Notes under the pieces: model-generated
The model's input: only the letters and a program-made list of their open reading frames with translations
Told to the model about the DNA's origin: nothing
The model's database searches: none
Shown: positions 13,252 through 43,564 of the stretch, in pieces
How positions within the stretch are numbered: the stretch's first letter is position 1
Layout: each line of letters opens with the position of its first letter
Origin: Amoebidium appalachense
Taxonomy: Eukaryota; Protista; Ichthyosporea
Assembly (NCBI GenBank): GCA_963693365.1
Contig: CAVNZM010000015.1
Coordinates: forward strand, 558,001-622,000
Direction: 5' to 3'
DNA length: 64,000 nt
Translations under genes and position numbers: made by a program

Positions 13252-13653
13252 AAATACATGTACACACCGTACCCATGCCGTTCCATTCTGATCTTTATGC
13301 CTCCTGTCTATTTCACCATATCACGTTCCTTTCTTTCTCCTTCTGCCCTCTCAATCCCTGTTGCCTGTGCAAAAATCTATCCTCTCCAACGTTTTGTCTT
13401 CCCCCGCTCCCCCCCCTCCCCCCCCCCCCCCCCCCCCCCCACCACCACCACCACCACCACCCCACACACACACACTCAAAACTTTCACGGGCCAACTGCA
13501 TGCCCCACCCAGTTAAACACACACATGACGACCGTGCCCACCACTAAAGCACACACACCAACTATCCTACTACCCCTCCATCCCCCCCCCCCCTCCTCCC
13601 CGCTATGATGTTATCCGTTGTGAATTTGTTCTTCGTACTGTGAACCAATCAAC

Positions 13654-13684
<31 letters not shown>

Positions 13685-15220
13685 ACACATCCCCCACCCC
13701 ACCCCTCCCTCCCTCCCCCCCCTCCCCCCCCCCCCCACCACCACCACCCCCTTCTTCACCCACTCCTCTCCTCGTCCCTCCTTGCCTTATTTATGCCTGA
13801 CCTTCCCACCCGCTTTCCCCTGGGGAACTAATTCGCTTTCAGGTAGTTTCAGGTTAACCTTTTCCTCCTTGCTGTCGCCTGCTCTCCTCTCCTTGTCTAT
13901 CTCGACATTTCCTTCTAATTGCTCAAATTGTTTTTGGAAACATTCCCCCCCCCCCCCCCCCCCCCTCACCTCACCGACACCCTCACGCTCACACAACCAC
14001 ACAGACTCAATCGCTCACTCGCACGGGCACACCCACACGCACACACACCTTGCACGGACTAACCAACACCGCACACCACCACCGAACTATTCATAGTCGA
14101 CTCTTGCATATGGTCCCCATACATATGCCCTTGTTTTCAACCTGCACCCACACGTGCATTTACCAACATACCACCAGGGCATAGCCGGCTAGCCGGACAG
14201 ATGATGCAGGCACGCAATGCTCCTAAAACACCACATACACCCCACCATGGATGCTAGCGCCAACACCCCCACACCCACACCCACAACACACACCCTCTGC
14301 GGACACACGCACAGACACATTCCCTTCTCGTTTCTTTCTGCCTTTTTGAGTGTCATTACAACCCGAAGATATGTTTCATACTGCTGTGAGTGTGTGTTTT
14401 TCAACACAACGCGATGGCTGCCCGGTTTTGTGAATGGAATAGAAGTCAATGCTCTAGATAATCTGGCCAAAGGCACAAATCCTATCCCCCCCCCCCCCCC
14501 TTCCCCCCATCCGGTCCCCTCCCTTTCCCAGCGTGTGTGCACACAATCCCCCACACATAAATCAAATACGCAGACAAAGCCCAGAAGCTTGTCATGATCA
14601 TAGTATAAGGCACGTTCACAGTGACGCCTACACACACATATCACACCAGCATGCATGCAAGAAAGTACCAGTAACACGTACGTACATTCTTTTATGCACA
14701 CTAGCCGCCTGTTATACACACAAGGACATTCACACCGTAACACACACACACACTCTCACTCGCACACACACTCGCCTGGCACACACACACACACACACAC
14801 ACATAATTATACCGGCACACATACACATATACACAAGCACACACACACACACGTACCTGGCGCACTCACGCACACACACGTGCACGCGCGCGCACACCGA
14901 CACACCGACACAACCTTAGCTCCCTTCTGGATTTCGGCCAATGATTGCAACGGGTTATAGTTGATTGGAGGGAAAGCTCGATGCTCCCTACTGGCAAGGC
15001 TGGGGCAAGTTCCTCCGGCTGAGTCTGTGTAAATAGTTAGGTTGATTAGTGGTGTATTACTGAGCTATTGGCCCAACGGAAAAAGTAGGGTACATTCGGT
15101 GCTGAGTGGAAGACGGTAGCCCCCATGGGGGTAACCTCGGGGGGTGAAACGGGATACTGGAAAAAAAAAAAAAAGAAAAAAAAAGACTTGAACGCACACA
15201 CACACACACACACACACATG

Positions 15221-15263
<43 letters not shown>

Positions 15264-16641
15264 CACACACACGCCCGCACTGCACAAGCATACATACACG
15301 CACACATGCGCACACTACACACATACACGCACACACACACATGCACATACACATGCACACACTACACACATACACGCACACACACACATGCACACACACA
15401 TGCACACACTACACGCATACACGCACACACACACACATGCACATACACGTGCACATACACACGTGTACACACCCACACAAACATGCCCAATGAAGTATAT
15501 CAATATCGGTGATTGAATGCCCCTTTACCACTGTAACGGCCGGTAGGGACTGAGGTCGGTCTGGAACAGGCCGGTGTCTACTAGTTGATCTTGTTTTGAC
15601 AAGATGGGTTACCATATTTAGAAGTGGGTAATGCATAGTGATCACCCCCCTCCCCTCCCAAGCACGTGGGAGGAAAGGCAGGGAAGGCACGTTTCAGGCT
15701 CATCCCTCAGATCCCTGCTGCGGTGGGTCTGCAGGAGAAGGCTCTTGACGAATGGGATGGGGGTTTGGGGGTGGGATTATGGTGAATGTGCCGGGGGGCT
15801 TTTTCTGGTCGGAGGATTTTTTTTTTTTTTTTTTTTTTTTTTTGGGAACTGGGGGGACCCGGGGGAGGGGAAAGGGGGGGGGGGGGGGGGGGGAGGGGGG
15901 ATGACGCATATATCATCGTATGGCGCGCCCGGGGGGGGCTGACCTCGCCTATCACAGTAGCAGTTAAAGGTGTGTGTGGTTGGGGGGATGGGGGGAAGGG
16001 GGGGTGGGTAGGGGGGAGGGGGCTTCGAGCCTGGGTTTGTGTATGGTGGGTCACAAAAGGGGGAGGGGAGGGGGGGGGGGGGGGGGGGAGGGGGGTGTAC
16101 GTGTTCAATTGCTCCAGCTTGAGCACATATGCATGCACGTGTGGAGGTAGTGCATTAACTACATGTCAAACTGGGCTTTCACGTGCAACTGGGCCAGCCC
16201 CTACACCAACCACAACAGTATCATGTGTGCACGTAGCTATATTGGCAGTGCATCATTTTGAATTCTTTGTCTGAACAGTATAGGAGTTTGCGGGTAGGTT
16301 CTTTATGCCTTTTTAGTTTCGAGCATCACTGTTCACGAGTTAACGTTGACACATTATTTGCCCCTTGGAAGGGGGGGGGAGGGGGGGGGGAAGAAGGGGG
16401 GGGCCCGGGGGGGGGGGGGGGGGGGGGTAAGGAATAACCCGTGGGTGTGGCACTGCTGTACTTCGTAAGCTGACCTCCCTCTACTGGTCGGCGTGGAAAA
16501 GGGGGAAGGGGGGGGGGGGGGGGCTCAAAGACTCGGGGGAAGGGGGGAGTCGTGGGAGACGGGCGTGGGAGACGGACACTTAGGCGGAAGCGGGACCCGT
16601 AATAGTTGGAGAGAGGTGGGGGGGGAGGGGTCCCAGGCGGG

Positions 16642-16674
<33 letters not shown>

Positions 16675-16885
16675 AAACACAAATTTGAGTACTAGTGACA
16701 CGGAAACGCTACATATGCGGACGGCGCACGTGCACACACATGTGGGCCCGGCACTCAGATACCTGTCCATATACAATGGAATTCTCACGTAAGGCGGCAC
16801 ACACACGGCCGTGACTGTAGCAAAAGTGTGTCTGATGGGGCTGGCTGGTCACGGGGTGTGTGAGGGTGTGTGTGTGTACGCGCGC

Positions 16886-16916
<31 letters not shown>

Positions 16917-17068
16917 GGGTGGGGGGGGGGGGGGGGGGGGGAGGGGGAGGGAGGAGACGGGGAAGGGGGAAGGCAGGGCGAGGTGGGGCCTGGGAGGCCG
17001 CCGGGGGGAGGGGGGGGGGAGGGGGGGCAGGGGAAGGGGAGTGGGGGAGCGCGCGGGGGGGGAGGGGG

Positions 17069-17945
<877 letters not shown>

Positions 17946-18942
17946 ACCTGACTAGATGTGCAGATGTCAGAGGTCACATGTTCTGGCCATGGTGTCATGA
18001 TCATGATGCATTAGCAGCATCATGTACGTCTCATGTACGTCCCATACGTGCATGTCACATAGTAACATAGACCCGCTGCGGGCCGGGGGGAGGGAGGGGG
18101 GCGGAGGGGCAGGGGGAAGAGGGGGGGGGGGGGGGGGGGGGGGGGAGGAGGAGGAGGAGGACGTGGACATTTTCACATGTCTCGCGCCTAGTACTCGACG
18201 CCCGCGGCAACATCGAATGGAACGCAACATTGCATACCAAAATTCAAAAATCGGCGATCGCGACCAGGGAATTGTTTTTTAGAACTAACCTTTTTTAGCT
18301 CGCTGCGCTCGCTACCATTGGATTGGAATACACTATCCAATGGTATGGTTTTGTGTCACTGGGTTAGATGGTCCAGAGAAGGATCCGTCCACGCAGAAGA
18401 TGAAGAACGACGAAAAACCCATATCTGGTACAGTTGTTGGCAAATCGTACAGCAAATACCTTAAAGTCATAAATTGCATTTTTGAATTTGTTTACTCGCA
18501 TATAACATCGTCATGACGCACCAAACCTCGGGAATCGCGGGAATTTGGCGGGAAAGTTTGGCTCGCTCTTCAATTTGTGTTCGAACGTTGCACTCTGGCT
18601 GGAATCTGTTTGTGGCCGTGCAAGCGGGAGATTTCACACTAATGAATTCAATGATGATTGGGGTAGTTTCGAAATTTGTAGTGTAGACAGCTGCTTTACA
18701 CCTGTATACGTAGTTTTCCATGACTTCTCGTATAGTGTTTCTGTATATGTAGAGCAAAATTTGAGCCGAGCTTTACGCACGAAGCAAAACCTACAAAAAC
18801 GACAAAAACGACAAGAACGGTGCTCATTGTTTCTGATTTCGTGCAAGCAGGCGCTCCCTTCTGCTTGTTTCCCTGTGTGCACTCACTTATTCTTTTTTAG
18901 TGTATTCACACTTAGTGTCCAGACAGCTTTCATCTTCACAAC

Positions 18943-19737
18943 ATGGCCAGCGAAGTCTTCCCAGTTGGCCTTGTGTGGCTCAACGCCAAGAAAGTGGCGG
19001 GAGAGGGAGAGCCCGAAGTCGTGGGCCTTGCCACCCGCCTGACCACCGCCTTCCCCTGGGACCGCCTTGCCCGTCTCCTCCACCGCCAGGGTGATGTTGC
19101 CACTACCGAGGCTGCCCGGCTGCTTCTCAACGAAACTGCGCGTTTTCTTCTACTCAAAACCCTCGCAAAGGACTTTGACGCAACTGAGCTTTCTCCCTCC
19201 CAACGTGTAGACCAGGCCTGGCACGCCATGTTACTTTTTCCTTCTGCCTACGCCACCCTGTGTTCGGTGCTGTGTGGGGGTGGCTGGCTCATTGATCACG
19301 ATCCGCTCGGTGATGAAACGGGGGACCGTGCCGCCCGCCGTGCAGCAACCCTCGAGCACTACGAACGTGTTTTTGGGACCACGCCCCCAAAGGCTGTGTG
19401 GGGCGATGACACAGGCCGCTGTGAAGGCGGCCCCCCCTCAGCCCAAACCTACAATACAGCCTGAGCTCCGAGCGTTCTTGAACCGCTACCCACCCTCCGG
19501 CCGCTTTCCCATCCTAATCATGCCCCCGACGGGGAAGACCATTACTGTGCTGTGGAGGAGAAAACATCGGTTTTGACCCTGAAGTGTCTCATTGAACCGC
19601 GCGAGGGGATTCCAACCGACGAGCAACGGCTCATCTTTGCTGGGCGGCTGATGGAGGACGGACGATTATTAGTGCGAGACTACAAGGTCCAGAAAGAGAG
19701 CACCCTTCATCTGATTAGGAGCTCGAGAGGCTGCTAA
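18943..19737 (+). pseudogene. GRDP/DUF1399-like domain fused to a C-terminal ubiquitin-like domain; two compensating frameshifts (pseudogene or sequence errors)
   Basis: ORF 18943-19464 has SPSQRVDQAWHAMLL..Y...C......IDHDP......T...YERVFGTTPP..VW. A shifted frame (~19410-19548) gives [15 protein letters not shown]. The original frame resumes at 19552 with ...[40 protein letters not shown]. Confidence 0.8.
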
Positions 19738-20336
19738 GGCTGTCGTTGTGATTCATGTGCTGGAAACTTTGTCAATCGGCCCATGTTAGCTCCCATGTAT
19801 GCATTATGAAATCTGAGAATTCGTTGCTGTCTCTATTGTTCGTGTGGTGCAGTTTGACTTGCGCAAAGCTCTTAAAGTTAACCAATGTTTGTTCTCTTAC
19901 GGACTGATGATAAGAGCTACCAGATCATGTACGCATGATGTACCTTTACTATTATTAGTCAGCTCACGTTTTGGCTTGTGATTCTGTAAACAACAGTGTT
20001 CGTAGCTTATTGAGCTCCCGTCTACTTCTGTGTGGCCAGAAAACAGGACGATTGGCATCCCTAGCCCATCTTATTCCGTCGCACGTAGCCGCAGAGTGGC
20101 ACAGATAGTTAGTTAGAAAGTGGAGAGAGACTCTAATAGAGTAACCTTTTTGTCCCTCTCAAACAGTGAATATATGAATCAGGCGGTGTGTCCTGCTGGT
20201 CTGAACGTGTTTCTCGTCTTTTGACTGTGTGCGCGTATGCTGCACATGTTTGGGCGCGGCAGGGGGGGGGATGACCCGGTGAGGTGGAGGGCGTGGTCAT
20301 GGGTGCCATGGCCAGTGTGTGTACGTATGTGTATGA

Positions 20337-20385
<49 letters not shown>

Positions 20386-20865
20386 GCTTTTCTTCGGGGG
20401 AGGGTAGCCTAGGGTGGCCCGGCAAAATTCGCCTTTTAAATTTTGAAAGTACAAAATTGCAAAAATTGCTTTTTCAAAATTAACCCGTATACGGAAAGGC
20501 CGAATCATCTGCAAAATTTAAAAGCTAAATTGTTCATTTTATTAGTGTGTTGTGTGTGTGTGTGTTCGATGTGTGGTGTGAGTGTGCACCCAAAAACCAA
20601 AAAAAAAAACCACAATCTGTTCACCACCACCACATGAGCAATGGAACAAACACACACATTTCGACAATCACTTACAGGGGTACTTGATAGAAGGACTGCA
20701 TACCACGAGGCAGCACGTAAAGGTTGCACATTCGGGAAAAAATGGTTTCGTGAGTCATGATCACACGTTGTCGAGCCCATCTCGAAAAGATTGCAAATTT
20801 TTAGGCAAAACGTCGATTGTTGACAAAAACAAAATAAGCAAGCAAACAAACAAACAACAAAAAAA

Positions 20866-20909
<44 letters not shown>

Positions 20910-21254
20910 GTTTCTTTGTTTGTTAACATTTGTGTCTGTTACCTCAAGGTTACCCACAGAGCACAGCGGAAGCAAAAACCAACTGCGATATACAAAACAC
21001 AAACAAACTCAGCTTGTTAAACTATCATGTGTATACTACAGTAAAACCCCGGTGGTTTCAGTCGCTTTAACGATGCGATGTCTCAGTCATAAACACACAA
21101 CTGCTTAACCCATTCGAGAATAACAAAACACACACGACTGCCACCACACAGTTAAAAAAAATATCCCCCTTTTTTTTTTTTTTTTTTTTTTTTTAAAGAA
21201 CATTCGTGGGAAGAAAAAAGAATTCTCGAGAGAACCGTTTCACATTCGAATCCA

Positions 21255-32748
<11,494 letters not shown>

Positions 32749-33491
32749 TCTCTTCTTACATCCCTTAAATTCATTAACTTACCGTCTGTGACAGAAAAGA
32801 ACGCAAAACCCTGTGTTATTGCGGACGGCTAGACCTGAAAAAGGAAAAAGAAAACGTTCATCTATAGATTACACGCAGTATAATGTAGGCAGGTGAACCC
32901 CAAGTAAACACGTGCACTCTTTATGCACCTAACCCACAGATCTCTCTGTACCTGACTACATAAAGATCTCCACCTATGTTACAAGTGTGATATTACCCAT
33001 GTAATGGCGCTGCTTATTCTCAAAGCTTACCTTACGCCGCTTTACTCACAGTCAACTAAATTTTGAATTTCCTAAAGCTATATTAGCGCTTGTACGACGG
33101 TCAGGTCGATTGCAAGTTCTCCTTCCGTCTTCCCACACTTCGTATTTCGAGTTGAGCTTTTTTTTGACTGGCCGTAAGTTGAGAGTCTCCCCGCCTAGAT
33201 GAATTTTAAAGCTTTAACTGGCCCGTAAGTCGAAAGTTTCTCCTCGTAAATGATTTCGGTGTCTAACTTTGGGGAAAACAACAAAAGCAGCAATTATCAC
33301 TGGTGTCGGGACCAACTGCTGCAGATGTACAGTTTTTTGTCTGTTTGGTTTTGTTTGCTTTCAAGAGATCTCGAAACGCGCGTCATAGTGATGTCATATC
33401 CCGTTCGGCCAAACATAAATCTGCTGACATAGCCTTTTATGGCTTATTGGTGACCCCCCCCCCCCCCCCCCCCCCCCCAACACACACAGGT

Positions 33492-33532
<41 letters not shown>

Positions 33533-33621
33533 CACACACACTCACACTCACAACCCCAACACACCACCACCACTCCTAAACTTTCGATAATACCCGTCTC
33601 TCGTTTCATTTTCAGACGGGC

Positions 33622-33652
<31 letters not shown>

Positions 33653-34122
33653 CCCTTAGTTCAGACAAGGGCAGAGAAATTTGTGTTTCAAGTTCACCCG
33701 GCCCACGAATCAAATGTGGGTGTGGAATTTATTTTCAAGGACAAATACGCACCAAACGGCGAGCTGGGACACATGTATCATACAATGTTCTATCCAACCA
33801 GAAAAAGATAAAGAAGGAAAAATAAAAACATGAACGTCCACCACGAAACGTGGGAGAAAACCGAAACACGCTATGTTCCGTAATAAGCCCTAGTCTGCTT
33901 TCCCCTCGTTGTGTGTGCACATGTGCATGCGTGTGTGTGCGCGCATGAACGCTTGTGTGTGTGCGTACTCGCATGTGAGTATGTGTGCGCGCGCGGGTGT
34001 GTGCGCCTGTGTGTGTATGTGTCCTCTGTGGCGTGTATATGTGCACGCGTGCAACTACACTACGCTCCCACACGGGCTCCTTCCACATGTTTCCACGTGT
34101 TTCCACGTGTTTCCACATGTTT

Positions 34123-38820
<4,698 letters not shown>

Positions 38821-39423
38821 GTTGTCGTTCGAAAAAGGGGAAAAAAACTGGAAACTTGAAGATAATGTAAAAAATCAACTGGAATAATGGAGGTATGTAA
38901 GCAGTGAAGAATGTGGTGGTGGATCAAGCAATAATGGGTAAGACGAGAGTGTAAAAACAAACTAGTTGATGGTGTGTTTCAAGCGTCCACTTTGCTGTGT
39001 TATATGTTGACTTTCTTGCCAATGTTTGATGCTTTTCCACTGGCTCAAGTGTGCTTGTGTTTTTTACCGAGGTGACAAACTAAAAAATTGAGTGGAATAA
39101 CACACAGGCACAGAACCACACAGTCACGTACACTCCTCTCTCTCCCTCTCTCCCTCTCGACAGTGCGTGCGTGCATCAGCGCGTCGGCCGAACGCGACAT
39201 CCATGCGGAATCCTCGATACTCGTTCATATCATGTTGTCCAAATCAGATTGGCATATCTTGCGTAGCGCTATTATCGAGGTCTTGCTCCCTGGGTGGCAC
39301 CGGAGGTCCGACGGTTGCGCATGCGCCGCCGCAGCGCGCGTGCGTGCGTGCGTCAACTGCGTGCGTGTGTTCTGACCTGTAGCCTGCGTGTTGCGTATAT
39401 AACTTGGTGTGTGTGTGTGTGAT

Positions 39424-39481
<58 letters not shown>

Positions 39482-39950
39482 TGTGCGTGTGTGTGCGTGT
39501 GCGTGCATGTGTGTGCGTGTGTGTGATGTGTTATGGTGTACATGCATGGAAAAAGCGATCGGATTAGCTTTATTTAGTAACCGGATCGAGCGGGGCAAAG
39601 AACGTTGTGCAGCAGGTCTGGGATGTGTGTGTGTGTAATAGGGAGGGGGGAGGGGGGGAGGGGAGGGGGGGGGGGGGGAGGTGGGGGGGGGGGGGGGGAG
39701 GGGGGGAGCCCTCTCTTGGAGGGTTGGGCACTGAGTTAAGCTGGGATCTGCAGATCTATTTGTAGTTGTTCGCGACACACCCTTTTCTTTCACAGTGTCG
39801 TGTCTGGCAATAGGCTTGCTCCAACCACACACACGTGCATGCAGGACCACCAACAACAACAAGCATTAGTCGACAATGAAGATAGGGTGCGGAGCCCTTG
39901 GTGAAAGGGAGGGAAGTGGGCAGGATGGGGCGGGGGGAAGGGGCGAGGGG

Positions 39951-40345
<395 letters not shown>

Positions 40346-41889
40346 AGCTGGAGAGAGAGAGCAACTACCAGTAGCTGACTGCGAGGAAAAAAGAAAAGGA
40401 TTTAGTGAGTGGTATTCACGGAAGGTAAGGCACCGTAAGAAGGTTTACATCATATAAATACATATTGCATAGTCCACTCAACATGTTATTGTCGTGCTTG
40501 TGACTCGACGGAAGCGATTTGAGTATGTAAAGATGTCGGGATGCGCCCGTGTTTTTCCCGGAACATGCGCTTTTTTGATTACAACAAAGACTTGCTGCAC
40601 GGGGTTTTTTAATTAATATGTATGTTAGCACACTGAGAAAACCATCTCAATCAGTACAGTACTGCGTTATAGTAGTGGCCGAGTGGTGTGGTGTCGAATG
40701 CACGATGCGCAACTTCGCCAGTAGCCGCCCCCCCCCCGGCGGCCCCCCCCCCCCCCCCCCCCCCTCTCCCCCCCCCCCCGGCCCCACACACACACACGAT
40801 TCTACTTCTCCGCACGCACAAGCTGTTGCCAAGCACCCACCCACCCATACACACGCACACACACGCACATGTAGGGAGTATAGCTAGGGATGGGTTTTTG
40901 AGATTTTAGGGACCCTAGTTTAGGGTTTCATGCACCTGAGAATATTATTTCTATGTCTGAAACAAAGGGAGGGGTACTTTGGATTTTTTGGGCCATCTAA
41001 AGGAAATAACCTTCCATAAATAATCCTAGCACTATAGCATGAAATATTTAATTGCTTCATAGAATTAATCTATCCAATATTAAATTGGATTGGTTAAACA
41101 AGGCATATGTACCCCTATATACATAAGTTCCGATAGAGCACTATACAAATGCTCACTTGACACTCACGCGTTCTCCACACATCGCACGTGCACGGTCACA
41201 CAAGCATGTGAAACGTGACGCCATCCGTGTGTTTGCGCTAGGATACCCCCTACACCAAACATTTCATGGGGGTTTCTGTGGTACCCACCCGTAGTCCTGA
41301 TTCAGGTTTCTTTGCTGGCTTATTTAGAGATATTGGGAAGAAAATAAGAAAGAAAAACCCAATACATGAACTTTAAACATTTATTTTCTTAGCTAGTTAC
41401 GGCTTTCCATTGCTAAAATTTCTTTTTTTTTTCTTTGGTTTATACGTAATATTATAAGAACTAGAATAAATCCAGTCAAAAGAAAAAAGAACTAGAAAGT
41501 TTTTATAGTAAACCCCCAATTAAGTTGTAGGAGATTTAAACTGATAAGCGGCGATATCGTGCCATCCTCGAAACGCGAATCCTCAACGTTGTAATATTCC
41601 TCTCTAATGAAAGCATGTGTGCCTACATATCCCAATGACTGAATTGGTCCCGAAATGGGTCTCTCTGGCTATAAATTGGTTTATTAGTTTATAAATTAAA
41701 GTTCTTCGTAGCTATATGTCTAGTGAAAACCTCTGGTACACGTATTAGTTCTTGTCCCTCTTTAGTATCGCACTTTAACCATATCATGATCTACAAACGA
41801 GGGACCGTACTTGAAGTATAAACGCAGCCTGAACGGACGAACGGACGTGGGCGAACAATTTCTCTTTGTGCGCAAGCTCACGATGATGA

Positions 41890-41940
41890 AAACATCAGAA
41901 CATGAGAAGGTGATGAAAACATCAGAACATAAGAAGGTGA
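41890..41940. repeat. 28-bp tandem duplication
   Basis: TGATGAAAACATCAGAACATRAGAAGG occurs twice (array begins ~41883). Confidence 0.85.
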
Positions 41941-42345
41941 TTGATTGACTACATCACACAATAAAACGATACAGTTTTTCCTATCACTCGTCGCCTAGCA
42001 CTCTACACTGTCTGTATTATACCCAGTCTGGGTTTCTTTGTGGGTAAGCCCGATAGATTTCGAACATATAGAACATATTTCAACAACAAACAGCGTGCCA
42101 CAATATATGATTGACCGGTGATAGTGTTCTGTCATCTTCTTCCTTATTATCAGCAAGGCATCTTCTGGCACATCGAAGTTATACGTTGTCCCTTTATCAT
42201 TTTTACCAACATGCCATCTGAGCCTAACAAACACAGCTGCAGACAGGCGTGTCGCATACATAGCATACAAGTACATCGGCGTTACCACAGCACATTGTGA
42301 AACACACTGCATCAGGACAAAAACGCCGTTCTTCTTCGGCAAAAC

Positions 42346-42666
42346 ATGGATCTCCCGCCACCTCCAGGCAGCAATGCAGGGAATGAAATGAAAGGGAAAG
42401 GTGCCGAAGCTGCATCACATTGTGACATTAGCGAAGGTGGAGTCGACCGAGCCTTTAGCAATCACGGCCAGGAAACAGCTAGCGAAAAGCAGAGTCATCT
42501 TAAAGAAACGGGTGTAACTATACCTCTACCAATGGCAGAGCCGGTGAATGGTAGCTCAGCGATGTTGCCGGCACCTTCAAATTTGAATGGGATTGCACAG
42601 AATGGGGCCGACAAGGAGCAAGGTGTGTATGTATGTTGTTGCACGTGTGCATGTGTGTGTGTGCGC

Positions 42667-42723
<57 letters not shown>

Positions 42724-43210
42724 CCGCTGTGCTTGTGCGCGTGAGTGTGCGTGTCAGGAGTTGTGGGGTTGTGGGGGATGAGAGGGTGGGATGGGTGGAT
42801 GGGTTAGCATGCTGAGGCATGAAGGACGGAGGGTGGTGGGGGGAAGGCAAGCGCACAAGAGGTCGTGGAGTCCGCGGGGTTTGGGTGGGGGGTGGGGAGG
42901 AGAGGTGGGGGGAGGGGGGGGGGCTGGGAGGCGGGTTGGTTTGTCCATCAAGGAGAAAGGAAAACCAATGTTCACTTTGTAGGGTTGCCCTACGTAGCCA
43001 TCCACTCTGAAATTTCGGGCCCAGTCACAAGCACAACCCCAATGACCGGTTGATGGGCAAGTCTTGTGAAAGACTACGTGTATGTGTGCACGAACATGCA
43101 TTGAATACATAAACACACACACACATCCTCTTGCATGCCCAGACACGTGCGCACACCACAAGCACACACCCCATCACCCCATCTACCCTTTTTTGTCCTT
43201 TGCATGTCCC

Positions 43211-43243
<33 letters not shown>

Positions 43244-43527
43244 TCCCCTCTCTCCCCGGGACCATCCCTGCCCACCTCTCTTCTTCTGCCCCCTCCACTC
43301 TTGTATTTGCTTTGCTTATTCTGCATGGTGTTAACCGTGTGATTGTGAGCATAACTCACTCTTTTGCTGATGAATTTTCATATTTGCAGGGGGGGTTCCC
43401 AATGACGATTGCGGTTGCACTGGTGGCCCCTGGAAGGTCCCCCCAGACCCCAAACCCCTTCCGTTTTGGCCGTGGCCAAAGAAGGGCTCCAGGATTACAC
43501 CGGGCACAGAAAAAGAGGTGTGTGTGT

Positions 43528-43564
<37 letters not shown>

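Noticed and set aside
15540-15585. Hairpin preceded by CTGAGGT
   Set aside because: It lacks the GA of the box, GAAA and stem III, so it is not a hammerhead.
39545-39625. Minus-strand RSLPRSIRLLN resembling a LINE ORF2 C-terminal motif
   Set aside because: Too short to support, with no adjacent RT sequence.
41995-42342. 115-aa minus-strand ORF head-to-head with the membrane gene
   Set aside because: Non-ATG start, no recognisable motif, and no room for a promoter or UTR.
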